Source: Nitrospirota bacterium (GTDB lineage: Bacteria; Nitrospirota; Thermodesulfovibrionia; UBA6902). From it: a DNA stretch of 64,000 nt. Of the stretch, positions 20,612-30,128 are shown piece after piece. A model generated the notes under the pieces. It was not told where the DNA came from. It worked only from the letters and a program-made list of their open reading frames with translations, and did no database searches. The first letter of the stretch is position 1; each line of letters starts with the position of its first letter. Location of the stretch: positions 2,108-66,107 of the forward strand of contig JBDLIC010000002.1 in assembly GCA_039715075.1 (NCBI GenBank), given 5' to 3'. Both the position numbers and the translations under genes were made by a program.

Positions 20612-22637
20612 TCAAGTCCGGTATGACAGGCAGCAGGTAATTCCTTCTCTCTTCCAATATTTTTCATTAGTCAATCCACCGTGTGATTGATAATATAATT
20701 TTGACTCGGGAAGCCAGTTAACAACATTTACTACATTCCCATACCACTTTAATGCTTCTCCGCCGTTTTCGTACAAGTTCCATTTTGCACGAATACAATT
20801 AGTGGTACTTCTATCTACTTCCCAATGAAATCTCATGTATTTATCATTATCGTGAGTTTTAATCCTCCCACCGGATTCACAATGGTTCAATAGGGAGTTA
20901 CTGTCCGTGAATATTTGAAAAACTTTCTTACTCAACCAATAAACAATTGGACTTCCCGGAATCTTCCCGAAATCCTCAGCGCTGGCAGTAAACTTCAATT
21001 TTCCAGCAATTCGATTATCCTTGAATTCCAGCTGCTTTTCCGCTTCATTTCTACCATCTACTATGCGTAAATACGAGCCCTTATGACCAGCCCGAACCTC
21101 CCGCTCCAACACAAAAGCCGTGGTTTGCACAACCTCCCCTCCAATACTATCAAATCCGCGTGGACCCAAATGAGCCATTGAGATAATAGTGTCTTGATTG
21201 AAGATATTTGCCAGCCAAAAACATTGCCTGAACCACAAAAGATATCAAGGTGTTAGCTGTTTTCTTGGCAAATAGATCAGAAGAATTGGCTTGAATATTA
21301 AGCACCGCTTGTAATGAGGGAATCCGCCCAACAAGTTTATCTGACACCCTCGTTAAAGACCCAAAAGTCTTTCCATGTTCAAACAACTCAAGAAGATCTT
21401 TTATATCCTGTTTACTAACACCTGAAATTACCTTAGTCAGATTATTTACTATCTCATCTACATCTAATCCTTTACTTTCCTGTATAGCCATCACATTCAT
21501 CTTTGGTAGGTCATCACCATTCAATATTCTTCTGTCATCAGCCCGTGCTTTCATTAGCAATGCAAACCCAGCCATCTGTGCTGCGCGATCATCAATATCA
21601 AGTCCGTAAAGATTTTTCTCAAGTATCAGTCTCGGTATATCCTTTGTCCTGTATCCTCGCTCAAGATAGATCTCCTTGAACAGATCATATGCTTCAACAA
21701 GTATATGCCCCGATCCACAGGCAGGATCCATAACTGTTATTTCTTCCGGATTCAGTGATTCAGGAGTTATCTCTTTAAGCTGTCTGTTTACTTCCTCCGT
21801 CTGCCCAGCAGGTTCTATGTAATACTCCATCTTCTCTTTTATCTTTGAATCAGGATAGGTCATGAGCCACTTTCGCCCGAGGCTGTTCTGCACCATATAC
21901 TTAACTATCCAGTTCGGAGTAAAGAGCTGTGTTGCAGCAGGGACATCCTCACTTTTAACAACCTTACCAATAACCTGGTCCTTCTTCTCAGATATATAGA
22001 ACTGATAAAGCCAGCCAATAATCTCTACTTCCTTCCAGTCCACTTCATCTATCTCTGTCACCAACTTTCTGACTAATGAATCAGAATGAAGAAGGTTCTC
22101 AGGAAGCAACAGCTCTGTCTCATCATCAATCTTTTCAAAGAGAAAAGGCATCGCTTTATGAAGGGCATTACACTGGGCTACAAGAAGCATCCGGTAAAGC
22201 CCTGCATCTTTATTGCCATCAAGCTTAAGCTCTACAACCTTCTCCTTATCAAGACCGGGAAGATCCACCTTCGCAGCCTGCTCCAGTATCTCAGGAATAT
22301 GGCTTCCTCCCGGATGGCTCAATACTCTATACCCATGACCAAGATAATCATGAAGCTCCATGTACCTCAAAGCAAGAAATCTGTTAAACCAGGTATAGGC
22401 AACCGCCTCCATCACCTGTCCAAAGCCCTCACGCTCAATACGCTGATCAAGCCCCTTCCTTTTTTCCGCAACCTTTCGAGGCCAGGCACGGCCAGATATA
22501 ATCGCTACATCACCTTTTTCCTCAACAGACTCTATTGATTTTTCAGAAAGGCCAAGGAGATTCGCCCGCTCTGTTACTGCGCGGATAAAATCCCGCCTTG
22601 CCGCAGGGGCGTATGACTTTAATCTGGATTTATTCAT
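20612..22637 (-). pseudogene. pglX: BREX PglX (BrxX)-like N6-adenine methyltransferase, disrupted
   Basis: Two pieces: a 495-aa ORF (22637..21150) and a frame-shifted 208-aa ORF (21238..20612) that starts with TTG. The N-terminus MNKSRLKSYAPAARRDFIRAV...AYTWFNRFLALRYMEL and motif I DPACGSGHILVEAY are PglX-like. No NPPY/F motif IV is found and total length is well below the ~1200 aa typical of PglX. Confidence 0.55.
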
Positions 22638-22638
22638 T

Positions 22639-23097
22639 GTCTTCCATTTATCTTCCCCGCCCTTGATGGGAGGGGACTGAGGGGAGGGTGTTTAAATGCA
22701 TCGCTCCCGTATAACCTCTAATGCTCCTTCCATATTTAACAATATTTCATTATTCCAGAATCTTAGCACCTTAAAGCCTTCTTTCTCTAACCATTCGTCT
22801 CTTCCCCTGTCTTTGCTATTATCCATATGCTGTCCACCGTCTACTTCTATGATTATCTTTTTTTCAAATGACACAAAATCGACTATATATTTTCCGATGG
22901 GTTGTTGACGCCTGAATTTAACGTTGTTAATTTGCTTCGCTCTCAGTTTATTCCACAACAATCTTTCAGCATCCGTTTGCTGTTTTCTCAGATTTCTGGA
23001 CAGGGTAGTTAAATTATCATTCATTAAATTCACCCCCACCCTAACCCTCCCCCCTCAAAGGGGAGGAAACTTTCTGCACAGATAAAATTCTGTTTTG
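22639..23097 (-). mobile_element. ~460-bp mini-element carrying a DUF559 endonuclease gene, inserted into the 5' end of the pglX-like gene
   Basis: It is flanked by a ~35-bp near-identical duplication (22603..22637 and 23098..23135, GGGC[G/A]TATGA[C/T]TTTAATCTGGATTTATTCAT), which includes the pglX-like start codon. The termini are imperfect G/C-rich inverted repeats (CCCCGCCCTTGATGGGAGGGGACTGAGGGGAGGGTG vs CACCCCCACCCTAACCCTCCCCCCTCAAAGGGGAGG). Confidence 0.65.
22692..23039 (-). CDS. DUF559 (Vsr-like) endonuclease-domain protein
   Basis: Typical DUF559 motifs YIVDFV...IIIEVDGGQH...DRGRDEWLEKEGFKVLRFWNNEI in a 115-aa protein. Confidence 0.8.
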   Translation of the reverse strand: MGVNLMNDNLTTLSRNLRKQQTDAERLLWNKLRAKQINNVKFRRQQPIGKYIVDFVSFEKKIIIEVDGGQHMDNSKDRGRDEWLEKEGFKVLRFWNNEILLNMEGALEVIRERCI

Positions 23098-23126
23098 TCG
23101 CCAGGGCATATGATTTTAATCTGGAT

Positions 23127-24536
23127 TTATTCATTTATTACCTTAATTGGAACGAGCAGCCTGTTTTCATGAAATAATGCAACATTCTCTTTCCGTGCAA
23201 GTTTTACCATAGCGACAGTAAAGCCTTTTTTACTGAATAAGCAGAAATATTCTTTTCTTGCCTTGTCGCCCCACCGCACCTTCCTGCTTTTTTCTTTGAG
23301 CTCCTCATAAATATTTATACCAACCAGCTTTGCTGACCATTTGACCTCACAAAAGAGAATGGTATCATTGTCCCTGTTGAGCGCAACAAGATCTATCTCT
23401 TCATTGTTGTCCCACCATCTGCCGATTGCCGAAAAAGGAAAGAGCTTTTCCATGTTCTGCCAGAGCGTTTCAATAGCAACTTTTTCATAGATAGCGCCAA
23501 GATACTGAGGCAGGTCTTTCCTGACAATATCAATGACATCCTTCACACGTCCCATTTCAAGCTCCCCGCGCTTAGGGAATATAAACCTGAACCAGAACAG
23601 AAAAAATTCATCGGTTATCCGGTACAGCCCCTTTTTACTCTTTAGAGGCTTTTCTTCCGTAACAGGTAATTCTCTTTCGACAATCTTAAGATCGGCAAGA
23701 ACGCTGAGATATTTGTTTGCAACAGGCTGGTTGATCCCGGTAGCATTGACGATCTCTGAAAGTTTTCGTTTGCCATGAGCGATGGCCTGAAGCAAGGCAA
23801 AATAATAACGCGGTTCGCGAAGCTCTTCACGAAGAATAAACTCCACCTCGTCATAGAGCATTTCTCCTTTTTTCATGACGTGATCTGTCAGGTTCTTCTC
23901 AAAGTCTTTCTCAGAAGAGAGTTGAAGCCAATATGCCGGTGTCCCTCCGGCAATCGAGAAATGGGCCAACCGGTCAGCAAACGGTTTTCCTGCACGAAAT
24001 TTACATGCTGAAGAAAAAGGCATGGGATCCACGCGCCACTGTCCGGTCCTTCTCCCATAAAGCGGGGAACGGTAACCCATCACCTCATTTTCCATCATGG
24101 CCATGCTTGAGCCCAGGAGAATTACATATATGGATCCATTGCGCCAGTATTCATCCCAGGCTTTTTGAAAAAGACTCGGGATTGCGGAATTCGACCATAT
24201 GAGATATGGAAATTCGTCTATTACGAGAACAAAACGTTGTTTTTTTGCCTTTATATACTCAAAACTCTCTTCCCATCCCGTAAATCCCCTTGTCAGAAGG
24301 AGCGGCTCATTATAAAATCGGCCAAGGGCCTGAGAGAACCGGAACAGCTGATCTTTTTCATTAGTATTTTCAGACAGGAAATAGACATGGGGCTTTCCTT
24401 TAATGAACTGCTTTGTCAGCTCTGTCTTACCGACCCGGCGCTTGCCCCATAGTACGACAAGCTGCGCCTTCTGCTCTTTCCACTTTTCTTCAAGAAAAGC
24501 CAGCTCTTTTCCCCTGTCAATGAATTTCATGCGCAT
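23127..24536 (-). CDS. AAA+ ATPase of the archaeal-ATPase (PF01637-like) family with a C-terminal DUF234-like domain
   Basis: Walker A GKRRVGKTEL near the N-terminus, Walker B VLVIDEFPYL, and a DUF234-type C-terminal region. Its stop overlaps the duplicated copy of the pglX start. Confidence 0.7.
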   Translation of the reverse strand: MRMKFIDRGKELAFLEEKWKEQKAQLVVLWGKRRVGKTELTKQFIKGKPHVYFLSENTNEKDQLFRFSQALGRFYNEPLLLTRGFTGWEESFEYIKAKKQRFVLVIDEFPYLIWSNSAIPSLFQKAWDEYWRNGSIYVILLGSSMAMMENEVMGYRSPLYGRRTGQWRVDPMPFSSACKFRAGKPFADRLAHFSIAGGTPAYWLQLSSEKDFEKNLTDHVMKKGEMLYDEVEFILREELREPRYYFALLQAIAHGKRKLSEIVNATGINQPVANKYLSVLADLKIVERELPVTEEKPLKSKKGLYRITDEFFLFWFRFIFPKRGELEMGRVKDVIDIVRKDLPQYLGAIYEKVAIETLWQNMEKLFPFSAIGRWWDNNEEIDLVALNRDNDTILFCEVKWSAKLVGINIYEELKEKSRKVRWGDKARKEYFCLFSKKGFTVAMVKLARKENVALFHENRLLVPIKVINE

Positions 24537-24894
24537 GCCTCCGGATATACTTTAGAGTATTATACTCTTAAGTATATAAAAAAGAACAGTCCCCGAATTT
24601 CTATTAACAGGATTTTCTATTAACAAAGCCCCGCTCCCGTTACCCAAAAAAATATGGAGGTTGAACCTCGATAGTTCGTCGATATTTCTTGATTATTATA
24701 TAAAAGTCAGGGAATGCATAAGAAGATAAGTATTACCAAAATAAGCAGTTCTCCCCTCTGCTTCAAATTATATGATGAATTACTGAGCCTGTCAAAAATG
24801 ACAGGTCATTTATCCATGTCTAAAATTCTATAATTGATGTTCCGGGTGACAAATAGTGCAAAATCTGAAAGGCGAAAAAGTCAGGACTGCTCCT

Positions 24895-25122
24895 TTAATT
24901 CTTTTCCGGCCTCCAACACATCTTTTTAGTATTAACCATATCATCCATAGTATCCAACAATTCCTGCAAATCGTCCCTGGACAAACCCAGTTTAATCGGA
25001 TGATAACTGGTCGTATCAATATACAGACGTTTTTTTGACCGGGAAACAGAAAACTCCCACGCATCAACCTGTTTAATTGTTATCTCATCTTCAACATCTT
25101 CTTTGGGTTTATTCCGGTGCAT
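24895..25122 (-). CDS. hypothetical small protein (75 aa)
   Basis: ORF with a good RBS (GAGGTGA) 6 nt upstream of ATG. No recognisable motif. Confidence 0.35.
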   Translation of the reverse strand: MHRNKPKEDVEDEITIKQVDAWEFSVSRSKKRLYIDTTSYHPIKLGLSRDDLQELLDTMDDMVNTKKMCWRPEKN

Positions 25123-25469
25123 AATCTCACCTCTATTAAAATAATTTTATTGGTAGTATATTTTACTAAAAAATGAAGTAAAAGAAGGCTCAAGCATAAT
25201 GTGCGACAGTACTTTGTACTTATATGTAGCAGATTGTAGCACTACATTAGGAAAATACAGGAAATATCGGGAAAGATAAGAACCCTGCAAGACGCTGAAT
25301 ACAAAGGGCTTTTTTGAAAAACTCAGATGCGTAGCCCACTTACGAAATTACTATGAGATCGGAGAAAGTGACTGGTATGACATATACTCCAAATCAGTTA
25401 GGCAATAGTCCTGTTTACAAATATTATGAATGCAATTATTAACTACGGCAATTTAGCAGATACAAAAAA

Positions 25470-26375
25470 CTAACCAAACAGCGCCTCAACAAACTCCTCC
25501 GGGTCAAAATCCTGAAGGTCTTCGACCGCCTCACCCACCCCGATCAGTTTAACCGGGATATCAAGCTCTTTATTTATCGCAATGATAATACCTCCTTTGG
25601 CAGTGCCGTCAAGTTTCGTCAGTGCAATACCTGTTATGCCGACTGTTTCATTGAAAATCTTTGCCTGAGTGATCGCATTCTGTCCTGATGTGGCATCTAC
25701 CACCAGCAGTATTTCATGAGGGGCTGAAGACTTTTCCTTGCTGACTACACGCTTGATCTTTTTCAGCTCCTCCATAAGGTTGGCCTTTGTATGGAGCCGG
25801 CCGGCAGTATCAATAATCACAACATCAACATCTTTGGATTGAGCAGACTGAACTGCATCAAAGGCAACAGCAGCAGGGTCTGATCCGCTCTGGTGCTTAA
25901 CAATGTATGCGCCTGCCCTGTCCGCCCATATATCAAGCTGTTCAATGGCTGCTGCCCTGAATGTATCTGCAGCTGCCAGGGTTACAGTAAACCCGTGGTC
26001 GGTAAAACGCCGGGCCAGTTTTCCTATTGTGGTCGTCTTGCCGACACCGTTGACCCCCACAGTCAGAACAACATACGGCTTTTCGCCCGCACACATGACT
26101 TTATGTCCCTCTTTCAGGATCTTCGTGACCTCTTCCTTAAATGCCTCTTTAAGGTCACGTTCATTTTTAATTTTGTCCTGTTTAACTTTTTCCCTCAGTG
26201 CATCGGTTATGGCTGTTGCTGCCTGGGGCCCTACATCAGACATAATGAGAAGCTCCTCAAACTCCTCGAGCAGATCATCATCCACTTTTCTACCCTTTGC
26301 AAGTTTCTCAGTATCTTCTACAAGGGATTTTTTTGTTTTAAATAATCCTTTTTTCAGCTTGTCAAACAGTCCCAC
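25470..26375 (-). CDS. ftsY: signal recognition particle receptor FtsY (short NG-domain form)
   Basis: GVNGVGKTTTIGKLA, DTAGR and TKLDGTAKGG SRP-GTPase motifs. Confidence 0.9.
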   Translation of the reverse strand: MGLFDKLKKGLFKTKKSLVEDTEKLAKGRKVDDDLLEEFEELLIMSDVGPQAATAITDALREKVKQDKIKNERDLKEAFKEEVTKILKEGHKVMCAGEKPYVVLTVGVNGVGKTTTIGKLARRFTDHGFTVTLAAADTFRAAAIEQLDIWADRAGAYIVKHQSGSDPAAVAFDAVQSAQSKDVDVVIIDTAGRLHTKANLMEELKKIKRVVSKEKSSAPHEILLVVDATSGQNAITQAKIFNETVGITGIALTKLDGTAKGGIIIAINKELDIPVKLIGVGEAVEDLQDFDPEEFVEALFG

Positions 26376-26384
26376 GATGTTCTC

Positions 26385-26475
26385 CTTTTACTTGTTTAGC
26401 CACGGATTTTCGCGGATTTTTCTTTTTTGTAAAATACGTATCCGCGGTTATATACGCAAATCCGCGGCTGAATAG
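26385..26475. promoter_or_regulatory. cluster of ATCCGCGG / CCGCGGAT inverted and direct repeats upstream of ftsY
   Basis: CACGGATTTTCGCGGATTTTT ... TATCCGCGGTTATATACGCAAATCCGCGGCTG, read directly. Confidence 0.3.
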
Positions 26476-26655
26476 TTGTTTATTTTTTGTGTCTTCGTGG
26501 CTTTGTAGCTAAAATCCTTTATCTTTAAATCAATGGCTAAAGATTTTAACAGTTTTTGAGGAAAAAATGTTGGGCTGTCCAGGCGGGAATAAAGAAAGAA
26601 AGGCAGGGGATACCTGCCTTTCTTTTCAGAGTTCAGCTATTCAATTATGTATTAA

Positions 26656-27021
26656 TTAGACGCCGAATGGATTCATGAATAGGATAATCAAGGCAACAAC
26701 AAGGGCGTAAATACACAGAGACTCAATCATAGCAAGACCGATAATGAGTGTTGTTGTGATCTTTCCGGATGCTCCCGGATTCCTTGCAACACCTTCAGCA
26801 GCCTTGGCAAGTCCAATGCCCTGTCCAATACCAGTTCCTAAAGCAGCAAGGCCAATGCCTAATCCACATGCCATAGCAGCCCAGCCGAAATAGCCCATTG
26901 CACCGGATGCTGCGCCTCCAGCTGCAGCTTCCGAAGCAAACGCAACAGGAGCCAGTAAAAAAACCATAGTGAGGGACAAAAGAATCTTAGTCAGTACTTT
27001 TTTCATTTTTCCTCCTTTCAT
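26656..27021 (-). CDS. atpE: F0F1 ATP synthase subunit c with N-terminal signal-like extension
   Basis: C-terminal two-helix core [30 protein letters not shown] ... [23 protein letters not shown]. An extra ~45-aa hydrophobic N-terminal extension is present. Confidence 0.85.
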   Translation of the reverse strand: MKGGKMKKVLTKILLSLTMVFLLAPVAFASEAAAGGAASGAMGYFGWAAMACGLGIGLAALGTGIGQGIGLAKAAEGVARNPGASGKITTTLIIGLAMIESLCIYALVVALIILFMNPFGV

Positions 27022-27041
27022 AGAGTGCTATATTGATTTAT

Positions 27042-27728
27042 CTAGTGTGCTTCCTCTACAGCACCGGCCAGATAAAGAGTTGTCAGCAATACAAAAACAA
27101 ACGCCTGAATTACAGATACAAGGACTCCGAGTCCCAGGATTATCGACGGGACGACTGCTGGCGCCAGAATTCCTAAAATTATAAGAATTTTATGTTTTGC
27201 TATCATATTTCCAAACAGCCTTACAGACAGTGTCAGAGGCCTTGCAATATGTCCAATGAGTTCGATTACAAACATTAATATCATTAACGGCAAAGCAGGG
27301 AGGGAGCGGATCGGACCCACAAAGTGCTTAATATAGCCGAATTTATGCTCTTTAAAACCCCATATATGGGTCGCGAAAAATACAGGCAATGCCAGCGCTG
27401 CGGTTGTATTTATATTACTGGTCGCTGCCTCAAATCCGGGGATAAGACCCATGAAGTTACATACAAATATATATAATCCCAATGTTGCAATTAACGGAAA
27501 GAAGAACCTGCCCATATGTCCGATAGAAGTTTCAGCCATGTCAAGAAAAAATTCGATGATTACTTCCACAAAATTCTGTGTTCCCCTGGGGACCATTTCA
27601 AGTGATTTGCTTGCCAAATATGCAACTACCAGAATAATTATTACAGCAACCCATGAATACACAACATAAAATGGTACGCCCATCGCTATAATCTTGTTTA
27701 TCGGATAAATTATCGGTAATTCTTTCAT
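27042..27728 (-). CDS. atpB: F0F1 ATP synthase subunit a
   Basis: Conserved LTLSVRLFGNM motif with the essential Arg, and about 5 TM helices. Confidence 0.85.
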   Translation of the reverse strand: MKELPIIYPINKIIAMGVPFYVVYSWVAVIIILVVAYLASKSLEMVPRGTQNFVEVIIEFFLDMAETSIGHMGRFFFPLIATLGLYIFVCNFMGLIPGFEAATSNINTTAALALPVFFATHIWGFKEHKFGYIKHFVGPIRSLPALPLMILMFVIELIGHIARPLTLSVRLFGNMIAKHKILIILGILAPAVVPSIILGLGVLVSVIQAFVFVLLTTLYLAGAVEEAH

Positions 27729-27903
27729 GGATTTCCTTTTAATTTTAGTGGATTTTAATCAAAAGTGGATTTAATGATAATCCACCTGTTCTCTCATGTC
27801 AAGCTTCAAATTTATAAATTTAAATTTCTTATAGCTCATCAAGATGGAGGGATGGAAATAAAAGAAGGCCTGATCGTTAAATCAGGCCTTCTTTATAATT
27901 TTA

Positions 27904-28019
<116 letters not shown>

Positions 28020-28105
28020 AAACTCTTATTCAAAGAGGTAAGATGATAACATTAAATTTATATAAAATGCAAACAGGAAATTCCATGTCTGCAATTTTTA
28101 TTTTC

Positions 28106-28181
28106 TGGTGGAGGTGAACGGGATCGAACCGATGACCTCCTGCTTGCAAAGCAGGCGCTCTCCCAGCTGAGCTACACCCCC
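28106..28181 (-). tRNA. tRNA-Ala (anticodon TGC)
   Basis: Reverse complement GGGGGTGTAGCTCAGCTGGGAGAGCGCCTGCTTTGCAAGCAGGAGGTCATCGGTTCGATCCCGTTCACCTCCACCA. It has the G3:U70 Ala identity pair and an encoded CCA. Confidence 0.9.
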
Positions 28182-28327
28182 AAAAATTTGTGTAACAAAT
28201 TTTAAGTTTACAGTTATCAGTGAACAGTACTTAGTATAAACCAGAGCCATTTCAAAAATCAAAACCATCAACTGCTAACTGTTACCTGTCAACTGCAAAC
28301 TCCAAATTTGGCAGAGCCAAATTTGAA

Positions 28328-28404
<77 letters not shown>

Positions 28405-28700
28405 TGAATACCAAGTAAAATACGGATATTAAAAATACCTTAAAAGGAGGCTTATTGTCAATTAACCGGTATGTATAATTAGAACCTTAATCCGTTAATG
28501 TCCGGAGTGTTTTGCCTGCCTGCGCTTCCGATTTTTGAAACAAAATAAATCAACTATATTTAACCCGCATATTGTATGAATGATCCGGTTTTAAAGTGAA
28601 TATCGCAAAGCAGATTGTGCGATCGTCCGCGGAAGCATTGCCATAGATATGGTTCAAGGAGGATCGTGCAATATGCGAAGCGAGATTTACAATGAGATGT

Positions 28701-29453
28701 TTAACATACTTCTATATCCTTACCCTTAAAACTTTTGACAAGTCTGGAAATAACCTTTTCAGTAAATCCTTCATCAAGCCATTCCTCAATTTTGTACTTC
28801 TTATACAACCCTTTTGTCTTATTCGTATAATTCATCCGGTCAATAAGGATTCTGCCAACATACGGTTTTAATTTTTTTGCAAGAGATTCGGGATTCATCG
28901 GAAGGACAGGACCGATAAAAACGTAGGTGTTTATTCCCGCTTCATGGAGTTTTTTCAGTGTTTCAAACCGGTCTGACATGGAAGGCGCTTCAGGCTCAAA
29001 TTTTTTTCGAACTTTATCGCTGTCAGTTGTTACGGTTAAGCCGACAGTTGCATCTTTCAATTTTGAAATGATATCCATATCCCTCAAAACAAGAGGTGAT
29101 TTGGTAAGTATGTCTACCCGGAAATGATATAAGGCAAGCACTTCAAGACATTTCCTTGTAAGCCCGTATTTTGCTTCCACTGGCTGGTAAGGATCGGTAA
29201 CCGAACTGAGCATAACGTTTCCTCTTTTGGCTCGTTTAAGCTGTCTCCTTAATATTTCAGGCGCATCCACCTTAACATCCACAAAGCTGCCCCACGGTTC
29301 TGTATGTCCGGTGAAGCGTTTCATGAAAGTTGCATAGCAGTACCTGCACGCATGCGCGCACCCGACATAAGGATTAATGCAATAATCCATGCCGGGGATG
29401 CCGGATTTTGAAAGTATGGTCCGGGCGTTTATTTCATGGATCTCGGGTTTCAT
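28701..29453 (-). CDS. radical SAM protein, SPL/DNA-photolyase-like (COG1533-type) family
   Basis: CxxxCxxC cluster CAHACRYC near the N-terminus. The protein is 250 aa. Confidence 0.65.
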   Translation of the reverse strand: MKPEIHEINARTILSKSGIPGMDYCINPYVGCAHACRYCYATFMKRFTGHTEPWGSFVDVKVDAPEILRRQLKRAKRGNVMLSSVTDPYQPVEAKYGLTRKCLEVLALYHFRVDILTKSPLVLRDMDIISKLKDATVGLTVTTDSDKVRKKFEPEAPSMSDRFETLKKLHEAGINTYVFIGPVLPMNPESLAKKLKPYVGRILIDRMNYTNKTKGLYKKYKIEEWLDEGFTEKVISRLVKSFKGKDIEVC

Positions 29454-29531
29454 ACTTTCTTTTATAATACATTATGTTTATTGACTTACAGTCATAGACC
29501 GTATAGACTTCAAAAATAAAGGGGCTTTCTT

Positions 29532-30020
29532 ATGGAATACAGCGCTTATCTTGATATTGAGACGACCGGACTGAGTCCTCTGTATAACAAATTAACGGTG
29601 GTCGGTATCTACAGGGAAAACAGTATTGATGGAGAAGTCACCCAGATGGCAGGGGACGAAATATCCTCATCAGGACTGCTCAGGGCAATGAAAAATGTTA
29701 CCAGGCTCTATACGTACAATGGTTCACGGTTTGACCTGCCTTTTATAAAGGCAAAGCTGAATGTAGACCTTAAGGAGTGCTGCCCTCATGAAGATTTAAT
29801 GTACGCATGCTGGAAGAAAAATCTCAAGGGCGGTCTGAAGAGCGTAGAGAGGCAGCTGGGCATAGAAAGAGAGCTGACAGATATCGACGGCTGGATGGCC
29901 GTGCAGTTGTGGTACGATTATCAAAATAACGGGGACAAAACCGCTCTTGCCAGATTGTTGAAGTACAATGAAGAGGATATTGTTAATTTGCGGGTGTTGA
30001 GAGAGAGGTTAGAGATTTAG
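29532..30020 (+). CDS. DEDDy-type 3'-5' exonuclease domain protein (DnaQ-like fold)
   Basis: Exo I YLDIETTGL, Exo II YNGSRFDLPF and Exo III YNEEDIVNL motifs. Confidence 0.7.
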   Translation: MEYSAYLDIETTGLSPLYNKLTVVGIYRENSIDGEVTQMAGDEISSSGLLRAMKNVTRLYTYNGSRFDLPFIKAKLNVDLKECCPHEDLMYACWKKNLKGGLKSVERQLGIERELTDIDGWMAVQLWYDYQNNGDKTALARLLKYNEEDIVNLRVLRERLEI

Positions 30021-30029
30021 GGTGTATAA

Positions 30030-30125
30030 TGAACTGCGATTGACGATTGACGATCAAGGAATGACAAATAACGAACTTTTTTTTACTTCGTAAATCGTGA
30101 CTCGTCAATCGCTATTCGTCATTCT
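30030..30125. repeat. ~95-bp TTGACGA/CGTCAAT-rich palindromic repeat, copy 1 of a dispersed family
   Basis: GATTGACGATTGACGATCAAGGAATGACAAATAACGAACTTTTTTTTACTTCGTAAATCGTGACTCGTCAATCGCTATTCGTCATTC. It is nearly identical to the reverse complement of 35690..35790 and lies between convergent genes. Confidence 0.8.
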
Positions 30126-30128
30126 CCT

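Noticed and set aside
20612-24536. Intact BREX system
   Set aside because: Only a truncated, frame-shifted PglX-like gene is present. No BrxA, BrxB, BrxC, PglZ or BrxL-like genes (no large Walker-A ATPase, no alkaline-phosphatase-fold protein, no Lon-like protease) are in the neighbourhood.
28420-28470. sigma70-like TTGTCA ... TATAAT on the plus strand near the tRNA locus
   Set aside because: Spacing is about 14 nt and it points away from the minus-strand tRNA and 5S genes, so it is unlikely to be their promoter.
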